Shown here in pieces: positions 50,275 through 63,299 of a DNA stretch of 64,000 bases. Under the pieces are notes generated by a model. The model was given only the letters and a program-made list of their open reading frames with translations. It searched no databases and was not told the DNA's origin. Source of the stretch: Hydrolagus colliei (taxonomy: Eukaryota). Positions within the stretch are counted from its first letter, which is position 1. Every line of letters starts with the position of its first letter. Location: assembly GCA_035084275.1 (NCBI GenBank), contig CM068751.1, positions 3,100,001-3,164,000 of the forward strand. The letters run 5' to 3'. Position numbers and translations under genes: made by a program.

Positions 50275-52819
50275 GTAGGCAAGAGGCAAAGACAGCCGTT
50301 CTCTTTCCGCACTGTGTTTTAAGGGTTGGCGATGGCTTTGCTTACGTACAGTTTGCATGGTTTCCAAATGGACGCTGGCTGAAGCTTGTTTTAGCTTTTC
50401 CTCTTGCCAAACAAAATGATTCACTACTTCCACTATACCCCAAGTATTTTTTTGAAGCAATCAGTAAAAGCAGCAGATCATATTTACAGCATTAATATTG
50501 CATGCTGTTACATTTGGAGATGATAACTAGCACAGTGTAATGTGTAGGTTGTGTTACAACCTCAGTTACCCAGACACATGGGAGTACTTCAGACAATCCA
50601 GCCCTCTTCAGCTCTCCTCCTCTCCCATATTAGGCTCCGTAAGCCCAATTCCTCCATCTCTGCTTGGCTCCATTGGTTAGTGGGCAGGTGAATGGAATGC
50701 ATTGTATGCAAAGGAGGTCCCTGGGGCAGCCATACTTGAGCTTTGGAAATTTCACGCACGTTTTTGCTTTCAAGTCCTGAAGTCTCCGATCTGAATAAAT
50801 CTGAACTCATTCCTGGTGGAAAACTAAAGAATGAAAAGAACATTGGTCAGAAGTTGGAAAATTATTTCAAGAAGTGTGTGTGGGGGAGAGGGGTGGGGTG
50901 GGGGGGGATTGAGAGTTTCATGTTGGTTCTTGGCTTTAGAATTGTTGTTTTAAATCACAGTCTGTATAATTCAATGAGTAGTTAGTGTGAAATGCCTAGG
51001 GTTTGAAGTGAGCTTAAACACAAGTGGTAATTGATTTTTGGAATTCGATGTTTGTGTTAACCTGATGCTTTGATCTGTTTTGACCCAGCCAGACATCCTC
51101 AGCAGATTGTTTTACACTGCAATAATATAATCTGCAAGCATCTGTGCTGCGAGGACAAGTTTGGCACATAATGTAAATGCCAGGCCCAGGTGGAGTGAGC
51201 ACGCCTCACATCAGATCAGACCGTGCACACTTACAATTTTTATAAGTTTACATTTTTCAAATAATGTTGGTCTAATTGTAAAGCAAAAACAATCAGCCAC
51301 AAAACAAACGGTCACTACACTTTACAGTATATCCTGTGAAGCGCTTTGAGGTGTCCTCATGGCTTGCACTGTACCAAATGTAAGGTTATTCTTACTATAT
51401 AAATTAATGTGCAAATTCAAGCACGGATCATTCTGCTGTGACCCCCTGTGGAAGCTGTGTATGTAGGCGCAGTTATTGAGGATAGGGTAAGATTTGGTTG
51501 TGATGTTTTCTGTCTTCCCCTCCGTTCTTGGTGGCAGAGATGACCTACTCAATGTCTAGGCTCATAGAATGACAAATGTCCACTTGGGTGAAGTAGCCAA
51601 AGGATGTCCAGTCCAGGTATCAAACACCAGTTTGAGCCAGTGCCTACAGAACAAAAGGGGAGAAAATATGGGAGAGGAGGAGCCTCGCGATCTCCCTTCT
51701 TGGAGCCACATGATGCCACCAGGGCCATGTTATAATAAATGAATTCCAGACGTATTTCTCATTGTACACATGAATCCACAAGGGAAAGACTGCGCTGCTG
51801 AACAGCTCTGAAATTACAGTATAAGTGAAATATTGACTTTTGTAGCTGAAATCCAATTTTATGTGCATTGACTTTTCCTTTTACAGAAGAATGAGAGTAT
51901 TGATTTGGCCACATCCAGAGTGTTTTTCCACCCCTTAGAATGCATTGCTTTCCCTTAAATTTTACTGTCAAAAAAAAATCCTGGCTACTTCTTTTGATGT
52001 CTAGCAGACAGGGAGGTAATTGTACCTGCTCCACAGTCTATGTAATGACTTAAAATGCCCGTTATTAAGGGATTCCAAGCCCTATCAACGCACTGGTAAT
52101 TGGATATTGCATTTTGGTTTCTATGCTTCATGGACTAGCTTTTCTTCCAATCCAGATGGAGTGTTGTTCATTTGAAAGCGCTTTTTTTGTGTGTCTTTGA
52201 GGACTAACTTGTCTGCCAGGTCAACATGTTTAATAATGCCTTTGACATTTAATGGGGTGAAATTGACGATGCATGCTTAAAATGAGATTTTCCCATAAGA
52301 AAGAGAAATCAAAGTCACGACACTTAGAATTTTTTGTCTCTAGGTTTCATCTTTCATTTCATATTTATTCTTAATGGCCCCCATCCACCCCCACGCGCGC
52401 ACACACACGTGTAGGAGAAAGTTTTGTTTGACTCTTAGAGAGTCGAGGACTTTATTTAAAGGTCTTGAATGGATATCTACAGTACGACATTGAGACAGAT
52501 GTCATTTCAAACTGCCGCTAGGTTTGATGTGTGATTAACTCTCTGCATTGTGTTTCATTCTTATCCACCTTGTGAAAACACTGGGGATAGTCAGCAGCTT
52601 AGCTTATTTTTCAGTTTGATTAAATTAATCACGGTTTGAATAGAATTCAAGAGTTTTTCTGTTTTTGCAAAACAGAAATATACAGTCAATTTACTTTGCA
52701 ATATATTCTGAGTAGTGCTTCGTGACACCTCAAAGACATGATAAGGCGCTATATCAAATGCAAGTATCATTATTATTATTTTTGACTCCCATATAATAAT
52801 TTATTTCCTTGGCTTGCAG

Positions 52820-52982
52820 GACCAAAATGAATATAATTCTTCAGTGGTGAAGAGCCAGACAAACACGGTGCGAATCGATGGGCTACGGCCTGGTGTTGTC
52901 TATGTGCTGCAGGTTCGAGCCCGGACTGTAGCTGGTTATGGCAAATACAGCGGGAAAATGTGCTTCCAGACACTGACAGATG
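52820..52982 (+). CDS. EPHB1: EPHB1 coding exon 7 (second FN3 domain, C-terminal half), 163 nt
   Basis: Acceptor ggcttgcag|GAC, donor GATG|gtaagc. Translates DQNEYNSSVVKSQTNTVRIDGLRPGVVYVLQVRARTVAGYGKYSGKMCFQTLTD. Confidence 0.97.
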
Positions 52983-54039
52983 GTAAGCTATGCCGCTGAG
53001 GAAAAAAGATTACAGTAGCAGCAAAGCTCTTCATTAACTGGATTAGGCTAATTCCTTCATCAGCTGTGTACAGACAGAGTGCTCGGTGGCCTGATCGCAT
53101 GCTTTTGTCCTTTCCTTGTGCTTTTGAGTGCAGCAAGTGCCTTTGGTGAAGTGCACTGTCTTGCCCCATGTGCCTTTCGAAGTGCCTGCTCTTTTAATCC
53201 GCATGAGGATTTTCGCGGCTTTTATCTTTTAAAGTGACAATGCAGTGCTCCACACACTAACACAGCTATTTGCAGACGGTTCTTTCACTTGGTGCTGTCT
53301 GAAAATAACTGCGCTCCTTTCCCCTTTGTTTTAAGCGACATTTTAAGGGGCGAGTCTAGCCATTAACACATTAATCCATTAGATTAAGCCATTACTGGTA
53401 ATCTATTCACACTTATTTGCAAACACTCAGGATCTAGTTTGAAGACACAGCATCAAACTTCCTGAACAACACCAAACTCCTTGTATCATTTCTTGTGGTT
53501 TTCTCAATATCCGTTTGTTTTTAACTAAACCAGGTCCCTGCCCCTCAATTAAAAGGTACCATTTTTCCATTGTGATAATGAAGTTATTTGTCATTATCTT
53601 GCCGCTTATCGGGATTGGCAGTAACTGGAGGCTGCTCTCAGCCTTTCAATCTTCATACTGAGTAAAAAGGTATCGCAGGCCGGCCCATAAATCTGCTCCA
53701 GCCATGACGTAAATGTCAAAACAAAACCCTCCCCACTCATTCATGGCTTCTTTTTAAACAAGAATGAAAACATTCTTCACTTTCTCCCTTTAGAGAGGGA
53801 ACATCTCCCAATGTCCTGCCAGTGATCTCCCAGATAAAACTGCAAATTCACTTTATGGCTGTTTGTTGGAGATTGCTGTACACAAATTGCTGCCATGTTC
53901 ACTTACAAAGAACACAGTCATGACACTTTACAGTAAATCCTGTGAAGCTCCCCACACGTGAAAGGCCAGAATTAATTCTGGGGCACAATTCAACTAGCGT
54001 TGACTGCCTTCTGGTTCCCACTGTGGGCGTGATCCGAGA

Positions 54040-54230
54040 GAGTGAGTGCAGGATGGCAGTGGGGAGAACGTAGCAGCCAATCTCAATCCTATCTTTGCAA
54101 TTACATATATCTACCTTTTGCAGCAGAGCTCACATGATGGCAATCAGGAGCAGAAATGCTGGCTCTTTTCTCCCTCTTCCCTAGATTAGGGGTGTGACTG
54201 CCAATTGTAACTACTAACTCAGCACATATT
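54040..54230 (-). mobile_element. Old, diverged SINE-like repeat family (other pieces near 3125-3215, 16295-16330, 19820-19920, 22620-22730, 63415-63530)
   Basis: Recurrent motifs across loci: ATCAGGAGCAGAAATGCTGGCT versus the reverse complement of AATCAGCCAGGGTTTCCCACTTCTGAT, and CTGAGATCAG(C/T)TAA(C/T)TCAGCAC. Family not assigned. Confidence 0.45.
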
Positions 54231-56102
54231 CAATTCTATAAACCTACCACGTTAACAAAAGGCACCTGAGGCTTGAAATTGTCTAACTCCTGGCCTTGAT
54301 GTAAGCCAGTTTTCCACAATTTGCTGCAGCAAGGTATCTGCTAGAGGCAATGTTCAACTAGCCAAGGAATCAAACCTGTGTTTCTTACTCAGTGTTGTGA
54401 GTAATGGTGCCTGAGTTAACCTTTATATCCTGCTCAAATTGAGGGGGGCATTATGGCAAAACTGAAGGTAAGTTACTGGAACTTTAGCAACCTCCACCAA
54501 CCTCTTGGACTAGAGAGATGCGGAGTGTTTTGAAACGTGGAGGTGATATCTGTGCATGTGATTCAGTGGATTTGGTTTGTGCCGAGCTTAATAGATTCAC
54601 GTGGAAGTCAGGTGATTTTTCCATTTAACCCTAAATCTAACCTATGGAGGCAATCGATTTATCTTTCTACACGTCTAAAGTCTTATTATCAAATGAAAAA
54701 TCTCTGGATATTGTACATCAAAGAAGAAAATTGCTGGTTGTTGCCTCCAGGAAAATGCTCTGAACATATTCATTTGTTTGTTTCTTTTTGCAAACAGACC
54801 CCCACAGTTTTCTTCACAATAAATGAAGAGGAGTGGGTGGTAATACTGTAATACATTTAGATTTTAGAGTAAAGTGATTGGGGGAAAAATAAGTAGCTGC
54901 AGTTGGTAGAAAGTGAGTAATTTGCGCACAGAGTGTGAACCTTTGTCATTTATTTCATTGCAAGGAGAAGAAATAAAATATAGGTAACAAATAAGCAGGA
55001 ATCGTAATGTACAAAAAATCCTCCCTATCTGTAACTGACAAAGACTAGAGACCCTAACATGCAGTAGATAAACTTCTTTCAATTGAATTCTGCAGGCATT
55101 ACAATACTACCAACAGATTAATGAGGCAGAGCTGGTTTGTATTAAAGCTGTACAACATTCTCCGAGACCGTATTAGCGGTGAAGGTCACTGATTGATCAT
55201 TAACTCCTCTTAGATGTGCTTTATCTTTGCACTGCTGTTAAGCTATCCTTTCCCAAGCAATAAAAACGATCAGAATCCTTTGAATAATTTCTGTTAATCC
55301 CATATAGATCCAAAACACACCCCTGTGAAGACCAATATTGGGGTGATGGTATAGCAGGGAACCGTCATAGAACACAATATGTAATATGAGGAGTTTTTTA
55401 GCAACAGGAAATCAACAGGTCATCAATGCAGAAACATTGTTTCTTTATTTTGTAGGAGTTACCTTCTGGGATAATGTGGAAGTTGTTTTTTATCAGATGA
55501 AAAATATATAGCCGTTAAAAGATGTCTGGGAGCATTCTGAGACTAGAGTGATTTATATAGTCATTTCAATCTTCCTCCCCCCCTCCCCCCAACCCCTCAG
55601 TTTTCCTGAGTCATTATTATTATAAGTGGGAGCCCAGCACTCACTGACAAGCACTGTTTATTTATTGCTATGCTGTTGCTGAGGCTAACTGCAATGAAAG
55701 TTTTCCAAGTTATTGATTGTTAAAGGAACATTTTGCATTCTGAAGGATGTGATGAGAAGGCAGTTATATACGGTTGGAGATCAGAATAAAGGGTAGTTAT
55801 ATATGTTATAAAAGCAGAAAAAGAAATGCATCACCTAACGAGTTAATGTGATCGTAAACTCCTGTAAAATGACATGTGCAAGTGGAGGGCGTGGACTATC
55901 TGGGAATGCCGAGCCACCGGCAGTACGGAGGAACGTTTGTCGTGCATTTTATGTTAAAGGTTAATCAGTGCAAAGTGGGCTTGAAATGATAGAATTGGAG
56001 CTTTCAGTGTAATTGGAAAGTTCCTTCCTTTAATTTGTTTCCTTATCGATTATTTGGTCAAGTTCACCGGAGAGACCTTTGCCGTTTTTTCTCTCTCCTC
56101 AG

Positions 56103-56211
56103 ATGACTACAAGTCTGACCTAAGGGAGCAGTTGCCGCTGATCGCGGGCTCTGCCGCGGCAGGCGTGGTCTTCATCGTCTCACTCGTCGCCGTCTCCATC
56201 GTCTGCAGCAG
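56103..56211 (+). CDS. EPHB1: EPHB1 coding exon 8 (transmembrane helix), 109 nt; absent from the ORF track
   Basis: Acceptor ctctctcctcag|AT. Translates (D)DYKSDLREQLPLIAGSAAAGVVFIVSLVAVSIVCS(R), the EPHB1-type TM segment. Donor CAG|gtcttt is non-consensus but is the position that joins exon 9 in frame. Confidence 0.93.
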
Positions 56212-56958
56212 GTCTTTATGGAAACTCGTCTGACTTTTGTAGTAAAGCACACTGTCAATGTGTTGTACGCTGTGAATGGCAAAGGACTTGTAATCTTTCC
56301 TTGAGATAAGCAAAGCACGCTTTTGGTTACCTTTTGAACCCCAAACCCTTCATGGTGCAGGTCTCTTGAGTAGAAATGCCTCCGATCCATTAGTTTGAAT
56401 TAATCATTGAGGTGGCCTTTGTCTGAGGCTAATTCATCCCCCAATTTTTTATTCCTCTTGAGGCAGATTTTAGCACCAAGGTTCAGTTGCACAAGCTCCA
56501 GCTACCTTCAGCACCTAATTTCATGTGTGAACCTGTGGACGGCTTATTTGACATTGGAAATGGCATCATAAATTAACCCATTCCCTACCTTACCCAATGA
56601 CCACACTACGCCACAAATCCCTCTGCTCACTATCCCCAGGACACCGAGGCCACACTAGTTTTCCCTCATATCACTTCTATTGAGATGATCTGCCTCAGGT
56701 TACAACCTAAACATCGCTGGTCTGGTGGCCACTGTATCACATTGCAGACTTTTGTTTTATTGTTGTTCCTTTGTCTTAAAAACAACACCAGAATTGATCA
56801 CTGCTCACATTGCAGATTTAGTTATCAGACAGATTTGAGGGGGCATTTTTAAATGCTTGAGTTATTATTGTAATTTTTTTCTCTCCCCGAAGTCTCCCCA
56901 TACAGCGCACCTTCAGCAACCGAGAGGACTCACTTGTGTGTGTTTCTTTCTGGGACAG

Positions 56959-57023
56959 GAAGCGAGCATATGGGAAGGAAGCAGTGTACAGTGATAAACT
57001 TCAGCATTACAGCACAGGTCGCG
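56959..57023 (+). CDS. EPHB1: EPHB1 coding exon 9 (juxtamembrane), 65 nt; absent from the ORF track
   Basis: Acceptor ttctgggacag|G, donor CGCG|gtaagt. Translates (R)KRAYGKEAVYSDKLQHYSTGR(G), characteristic of EPHB1. Confidence 0.94.
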
Positions 57024-59711
57024 GTAAGTGTCCTCCATAAACCCATCAGAAACGAGAACGATTCAACATACTTTTGGCATACCGAGCACCATTTCGGCAC
57101 CAGAATCCAAACCAGAGGGTTATTTATTTCCAGGACTATTTTAAAAGATAAATTTCTATCAAGGACTATTTTCAGTGCAAAGCGCTCAATCCCTTTTTGT
57201 GGCTAGTTTCATAGAATTGTAGAAACCTGCAACTTAGAATTTATATGAACCATTGAGTCTTCACCAGCTCTCAGTACACATTGTGCTATCAATCCCACTA
57301 CCCTGAACTACCCCATGCTCAAAAGTTTATATTGTTTGAAGTGAGTAGCTGTTGCTTCGAGCAGTCAGCCTATTTAGAGCAGGAAGCCTGATTTAGATTT
57401 CCCATTCTGAATCACTTGCCTGAGCGGAGCTCTGTGCTAACTCTTAATGTGCAGACGTTTGCTCACCGTCACTGAATGCTAACTAGTGTTTTTAAAGTTG
57501 AAGAGCCCAAAGTGTTAAAGTTTCAAGGAGTGAATCTGATCGGAAACCAAAAAAGATTTGACTCATCAGCATTTATTCTGGAGTGTTGAAAATTGATGCT
57601 CGACTGAAACCATTTCCATAGATTTGTCTTGGCAGCAGATGCAATGCCAAATTGACATGCAAAGCACAGAATTAGCTAAAACAGATCTCCCATATACATT
57701 TATAAAACCTACTTGTTAAAATCCACAGTTTATTTGTTCCCCTGTGGAGACCAGATTTTTCAGTCAGTGACTGTTTCCATTGCTTTGACTGGGGATTAAT
57801 ATTCTAGTCATTCCTGGATATAGATGAGAAGGCTTCTCCTGAAGGGGATCATGGTTGAAATCTGGAATGTGAGGTTCTTTTCCCTGCTGGCTGTGATAGT
57901 CTTCCATAAAATATATCCACTCAGGCTCAAACCCTTTCTAAACAGGACAGACGCACAGCATCAAATCACAACGGTGTAACACAAGTTGATAATCGCTGGA
58001 ATCGGCAGATGGTGGTGAGGTTACACTTTTGCTTCAGTGTAGTGTGAGTTTTTCTGTGCTCGGTATAGAAAGAGACTTGCAAACTCCAGCACTATTACCT
58101 ACTACCTTGACAATCATAAATACTAGTAAAGGAAGGGGGGTTGGGGGGGACAAAGATATATTAAGGAGTTTGGTGGGGGTTTTCCAAGTGATTTACTGTC
58201 TTGAAAGAAAAAACAATTCAACTTGAATGCTTTGTAAAAGCAAGGGAAAATGCTAGGGACATGTGTTAATCTGCCTGAGGTTGGCAGAGCAAGGATGTTT
58301 TAGGTGACTGTGGCCTATGAAGCAAGCAGTGACGTATTTGTGGAATAACTGTGCAGATGTACAGCAGCATTTTACAAGGAAGATCGAGTGAATTATTTTC
58401 TGCAGAGTAAATGAAGAGAAGACTATTACTACCAGTAAATGGTAATGTGTATAACAGTTTATATCGCGCTCATGTTTACACAACATACTGTTAATGGGAA
58501 GTTGTTAAAATCCCAGATGGTGCCAGCTGGCTAATCACACTGATCTAAAAATACACAGCTCAACATTCGACATATTCTCATAGTAATCTTGAGTTTATGT
58601 GTAAAGACCTTCCGTAAATGGTGGCAGACAATTGTTGCGATGTGGAGGCAGGCAAAATGATTTTATGACATCTTCAAAGCGATGGATTGATGTCGCACTG
58701 GGGGACATTGTGTGTGGTTATAAAAACATAATCATCAGTTACACATCATTGTAGAGCCCCTCATCATTTAGAAACGTCACAAAGGTGGTTTCTGTGAAGA
58801 GCAGTGACTTGGGTAGTGTAGTGACTGCAAAATAAAGAGCGGATCGTGTTTGTTTGCCTACTTCCAGAGAACGATGCACAGAAATAAAGAAGTTATAGTT
58901 TTTCTGTCGAAAACAAAAGCCACTTTGCGTAACCCTGGAAAGTGAGACTTGAAAATTCTCCAAAGTTAGGGTGTGGTTCAAAGGGGGATGAATGGGGGTT
59001 GCAGATGACCCAGCACGCATATTGGGATGACTGGTCCTATTGTTTTATAGTAGCACAGTGTCGGAGGGGGGGAAGGCAGGTAACCTAATCCTGTCTTTCT
59101 CAACATCCAAGCTTAGCCTGTAGCACCGTGAAATGGGAAATAAAGTGTGTCAAATAATTTATAAAGAAGCGGCGAGGAATTTCTAAGCTGCTGTGACGTG
59201 TGATTCCTCTTCTTACAGTAAAATGTTCACAATATTATATCGCACAGCTTCTGATGAATGTTTCATTATGCACGAGAAGGATTGTGTTACAGCTTGAAAT
59301 GTGGGTTTTATTGAGACTCTAGATCAGATTACAGGACCTAAACCCTAACCCAACTCCAAGAAAGAGATGAAACAATAGAGCATCTGAACCTTTCACCCCA
59401 CTCCCCCCCACCTCCCTTCGCCCCTCGACCCCTGGAATGTAATGAAGGGAAAAGGTGGGGTAATAGCTTGCAGAATATTTTGAACACAATGTTCATTATT
59501 GGTCCATTAATAGCAGAATTCCATTGCCGCCCATGGCTAAGCATTTTCCCTGGCGATTCATACCTACTGGGAGGAAAGAACCTTACAGCGGAGATATGAT
59601 TGAAGCACTGTGCTGCCAATGGCACGGTGTGTATGTGTACTCGTTTACTTTTAACAATAAGGTGAAACATTGCCCATCTTTTCCTATGCTATGATAGTGA
59701 TACTATCATCA

Positions 59712-59900
59712 GAATAATCCCTCAAAAAAAGAATTTGGTTACTCAATCCATGACTGTTTGTGCGACACTGCTTTGCACAATTGGCTGCCATGTTTCGCCT
59801 ACAAATACAGTCAATTCACTTCACAATATATTCTGTAAAGCGCTTTTGAGACATCTAGAAAAAGCAAAAAGTGCTATATGAAATGCAAGCATTATTGTTA
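59712..59900 (+). mobile_element. Headless SINE copy
   Basis: AATAATCCCTC...CAATCCATGACTGTTTGTGCGACACTGC...AAAGCGCTTTTGAGACATCTAG...GCTATATGAAATGCAAGCATTATT. Related 3' fragments lie near 26847-26988, 29063-29219, 52678-52780 and 53858-53965. Confidence 0.85.
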
Positions 59901-60628
59901 TCACTTACCAGAATACTTCATACAGTGTGTGAGAGAGAGAAAGGGTAGGGGTGTAACTGTCACCATCTTCTTAATCCTTTAGCCCAGGTACCAGCTTGAG
60001 TCATTTTAACAATGACTTTGTAATGAGTATTAAAACGCTCCACTAAAGAAAAATCTTGCATGCTCTGGCGGGTGATCAGAAACAGAATATCAGCATCAGA
60101 ATATCCAATGCTGCCCCTCAGATCCAGTGGAGCTTTGACTGACGTTCAGCTCTCACGTTTTAATGCAGTCACTGCATTAAGAGGAGAAAACTGAGGCCGG
60201 CATGTAATGGGCAGAATTAATATTTCAAGCAATGTTCAAACATTTTGCGAATTAATATTTAAGCAGGGCAATTAAGTTTCGCTCCCTATTCGTGACCCAT
60301 CAGTCACTGAGTTGTAATGATGTTGTAATGAGGTGGCGATAAGTGTGCAAATATCAGTTAATGTGCAGGTGGGGAGGATGGAAGGGAGTGAACCAAAGCA
60401 GAACTGACAATATATCTGATTTCCCCCAAACTCTTTGAATTCTAATATTCTGGCCAGGATTTGTATTCTGTGGCGGATGTTGCAAAACCTTCTATTTTAC
60501 TCAAGTACTTTAGCAGTGCACATCACTGGAATTTTTATACTTTCGGCAATTTTGTTCACAAAGCACATGCTATTCTGTAATGGTATTGGAAAGTCATTGT
60601 TACTGTGAGGATGAATATATATTTTTAA

Positions 60629-61051
<423 letters not shown>

Positions 61052-61189
61052 TAGGATTGATTGGCTTATTTTTCCAGTGTGGAATGTACTTTGACCATTT
61101 ATATTCTAATTGGAAATGCATTTCCTGCCTCCCTCTGCTGAATTCCTTACTCTTGCCACCTGCTCACACCTCTCCTCTACGTCCCACAG

Positions 61190-61437
61190 GGGAATTTGGA
61201 GAAGTGTACAAGGGGCGACTCAAGCTACCTGGCAAGCGAGAAATCTACGCCGCTATCAAAACCTTGAAGGCTGCCTACTCGGAGAAGCAGCGCAGAGATT
61301 TCTTGAGTGAGGCGAGCATAATGGGGCAGTTTGATCACCCAAATATAATCCGCCTGGAAGGGGTGGTGACAAAAAGTCGTCCCGTCATGATCATTACCGA
61401 GTTTATGGAGAACGGAGCTTTGGATTCATTCCTGAGG
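61190..61437 (+). CDS. EPHB1: EPHB1 coding exon 11 (kinase N-lobe), 248 nt
   Basis: Acceptor gtcccacag|GG, donor AGG|gtaaat. Translates (G)[82 protein letters not shown]. Confidence 0.97.
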
Positions 61438-63083
61438 GTAAATATTAACATTTCTTGTTAATGGGACGAAATGTGCATCTCCCAGATGTTAGGGATGTGT
61501 TTCTTATATGGCGCTCAACAGCTTGCATTGTTTAGAATGCGTGGGCTTGGTTCCAAATGCATCTTGTTTACGAACTAAACAGAGTGTTTTTGTACTACTT
61601 GAACATAAGAATTGCTAGACGAGAGAAGACCCAAGGTCCATCCAGTTTGCCTTCCACCATTCTGATAGTTGAATGCATAAGTCATGTTCCAAACTATGTA
61701 CTGTATCCCAAGTTATTATTTTCTGAAAGAAATCTTTCTAGTTTGCTTTTAAAGAATCAACACTTTCTGCTTCCACTATTTCTCCGAAGAGCTTGTTCCA
61801 TACATTTACTATTCACTCACTGAAATAGTGTTTCCACAGATTTACAGTGTGAGAAATGTGGTAAATTGTTGAATTCGGCTTTCGAGCTTGTTTTCTTCAG
61901 TTCTTAAAACTACTTACGGCTTCAAGATTAAAGACTATTAAAGCATTTGACAAATTCTGAACACTCTGAAATGTTCTGTAATGGAATAAGTCTAGACCCA
62001 GATGAAATTTGTACCACTTGTGTGCCTCACTGAGTGAGATAGACAGCTTGATGCCAATTTGTACTAAATTGAGGCTTGGAGGCATAAACATGTCATGAGA
62101 CAAATCCCTGTTGGGAAGAGTGGACAAGTAGTCTACTGGGTAGTTAATCACATTTTTCCTTTTCACCTGTGCATTGTTGTACACTGTGGACCACTGGACA
62201 GGTAGATCGGATGGAAATACATCACTATTCCATTTTAAGAGCTAGCAGGTTCCTTTGTCATGTAGCACATAGCTGGAAGACAGACTGTCTGTCAAATTCT
62301 CATAAATCCACAGCTGACACTCAGCTTCCCAGTTTCCAGCAAGTGCCTGATCGTTAGGTTTAGGCATCACATCAAATCAGCAGTTAAATCATTTAAAATG
62401 TTGGTAATAATATGCTGAAGTTGATGCCTATTTCGAAGGCAATGTTTCCCTGGGCTTTGGGCACACAGAGAGGACTGTCGATTTCCAGAAAGTTACCAGT
62501 TGATTTTCTCAGGATGCATTTTGGTTGTGAGTGCGCAATTAACTCTTGTCAGCCTTCCTTACATGTTATTGTTTTTGATTGTTCACAAATGCCCAGTCAC
62601 CTCATTTCACAGTAATATCCTGTGCAGCACTTTGGGACACAATGTATTGGCACATGTACAGCAATGTGTTGTCAAGTACACAGTGGTATTTGTGAGTATC
62701 CGGTGTTATTGATGAGCACACAGCAGTCCTGGAGAGAATGCAGTGACCAATGAGTTAATGGTAAGTGTACAATGGTATACGTTAGTGAGTGTACGAGATA
62801 CTGCTGAAGATACAGCAGTATTGATGAGTATGCCTATCATATACTTCCCTGGGTTTGGCTGGATACAGGTCCTTTCTCACCACTGTTTTAAAAAAAAAAC
62901 CTTGCTGAACAAGACATATACTTCCTCCTCACAATATACAGTAACCAGAGGTTTCTGAATCTCCCCTAAAATCTAATATGAGGTTTACTATTGTAATTAA
63001 ACTGAAATGTCCACAAGTTCCTCTCAGGAATCTGTGGTGATGGCATGGTTGAATTTTTGGGTTGGATATTTTATTTTCCGCAG

Positions 63084-63299
63084 CAGAATGACGGGCAGTT
63101 CACGGTAATCCAGCTGGTGGGAATGATGAGAGGCATCGCTGCAGGGATGAAGTACCTGTCTGAAATGAACTACGTCCACCGAGATCTTGCCGCGCGAAAC
63201 ATTCTGGTGAACAGCAACCTGGTGTGCAAAGTGTCAGACTTTGGCCTCTCTCGCTACTTGCAGGACGATACCTCAGACCCCACCTACACCAGCTCTCTG
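63084..63299 (+). CDS. EPHB1: EPHB1 coding exon 12 (catalytic loop and activation segment), 216 nt
   Basis: Acceptor ttttccgcag|CAG, donor CTG|gtaagt. Translates [80 protein letters not shown] and DFG are intact; [17 protein letters not shown] is the EPHB1 form. Confidence 0.97.

Noticed and set aside
57017-57029. Alternative in-frame donor ACAG|GTCGCG 6 nt upstream of the exon 9 donor
   Set aside because: It is much weaker than the adjacent consensus GTAAGT, and there is no other support.
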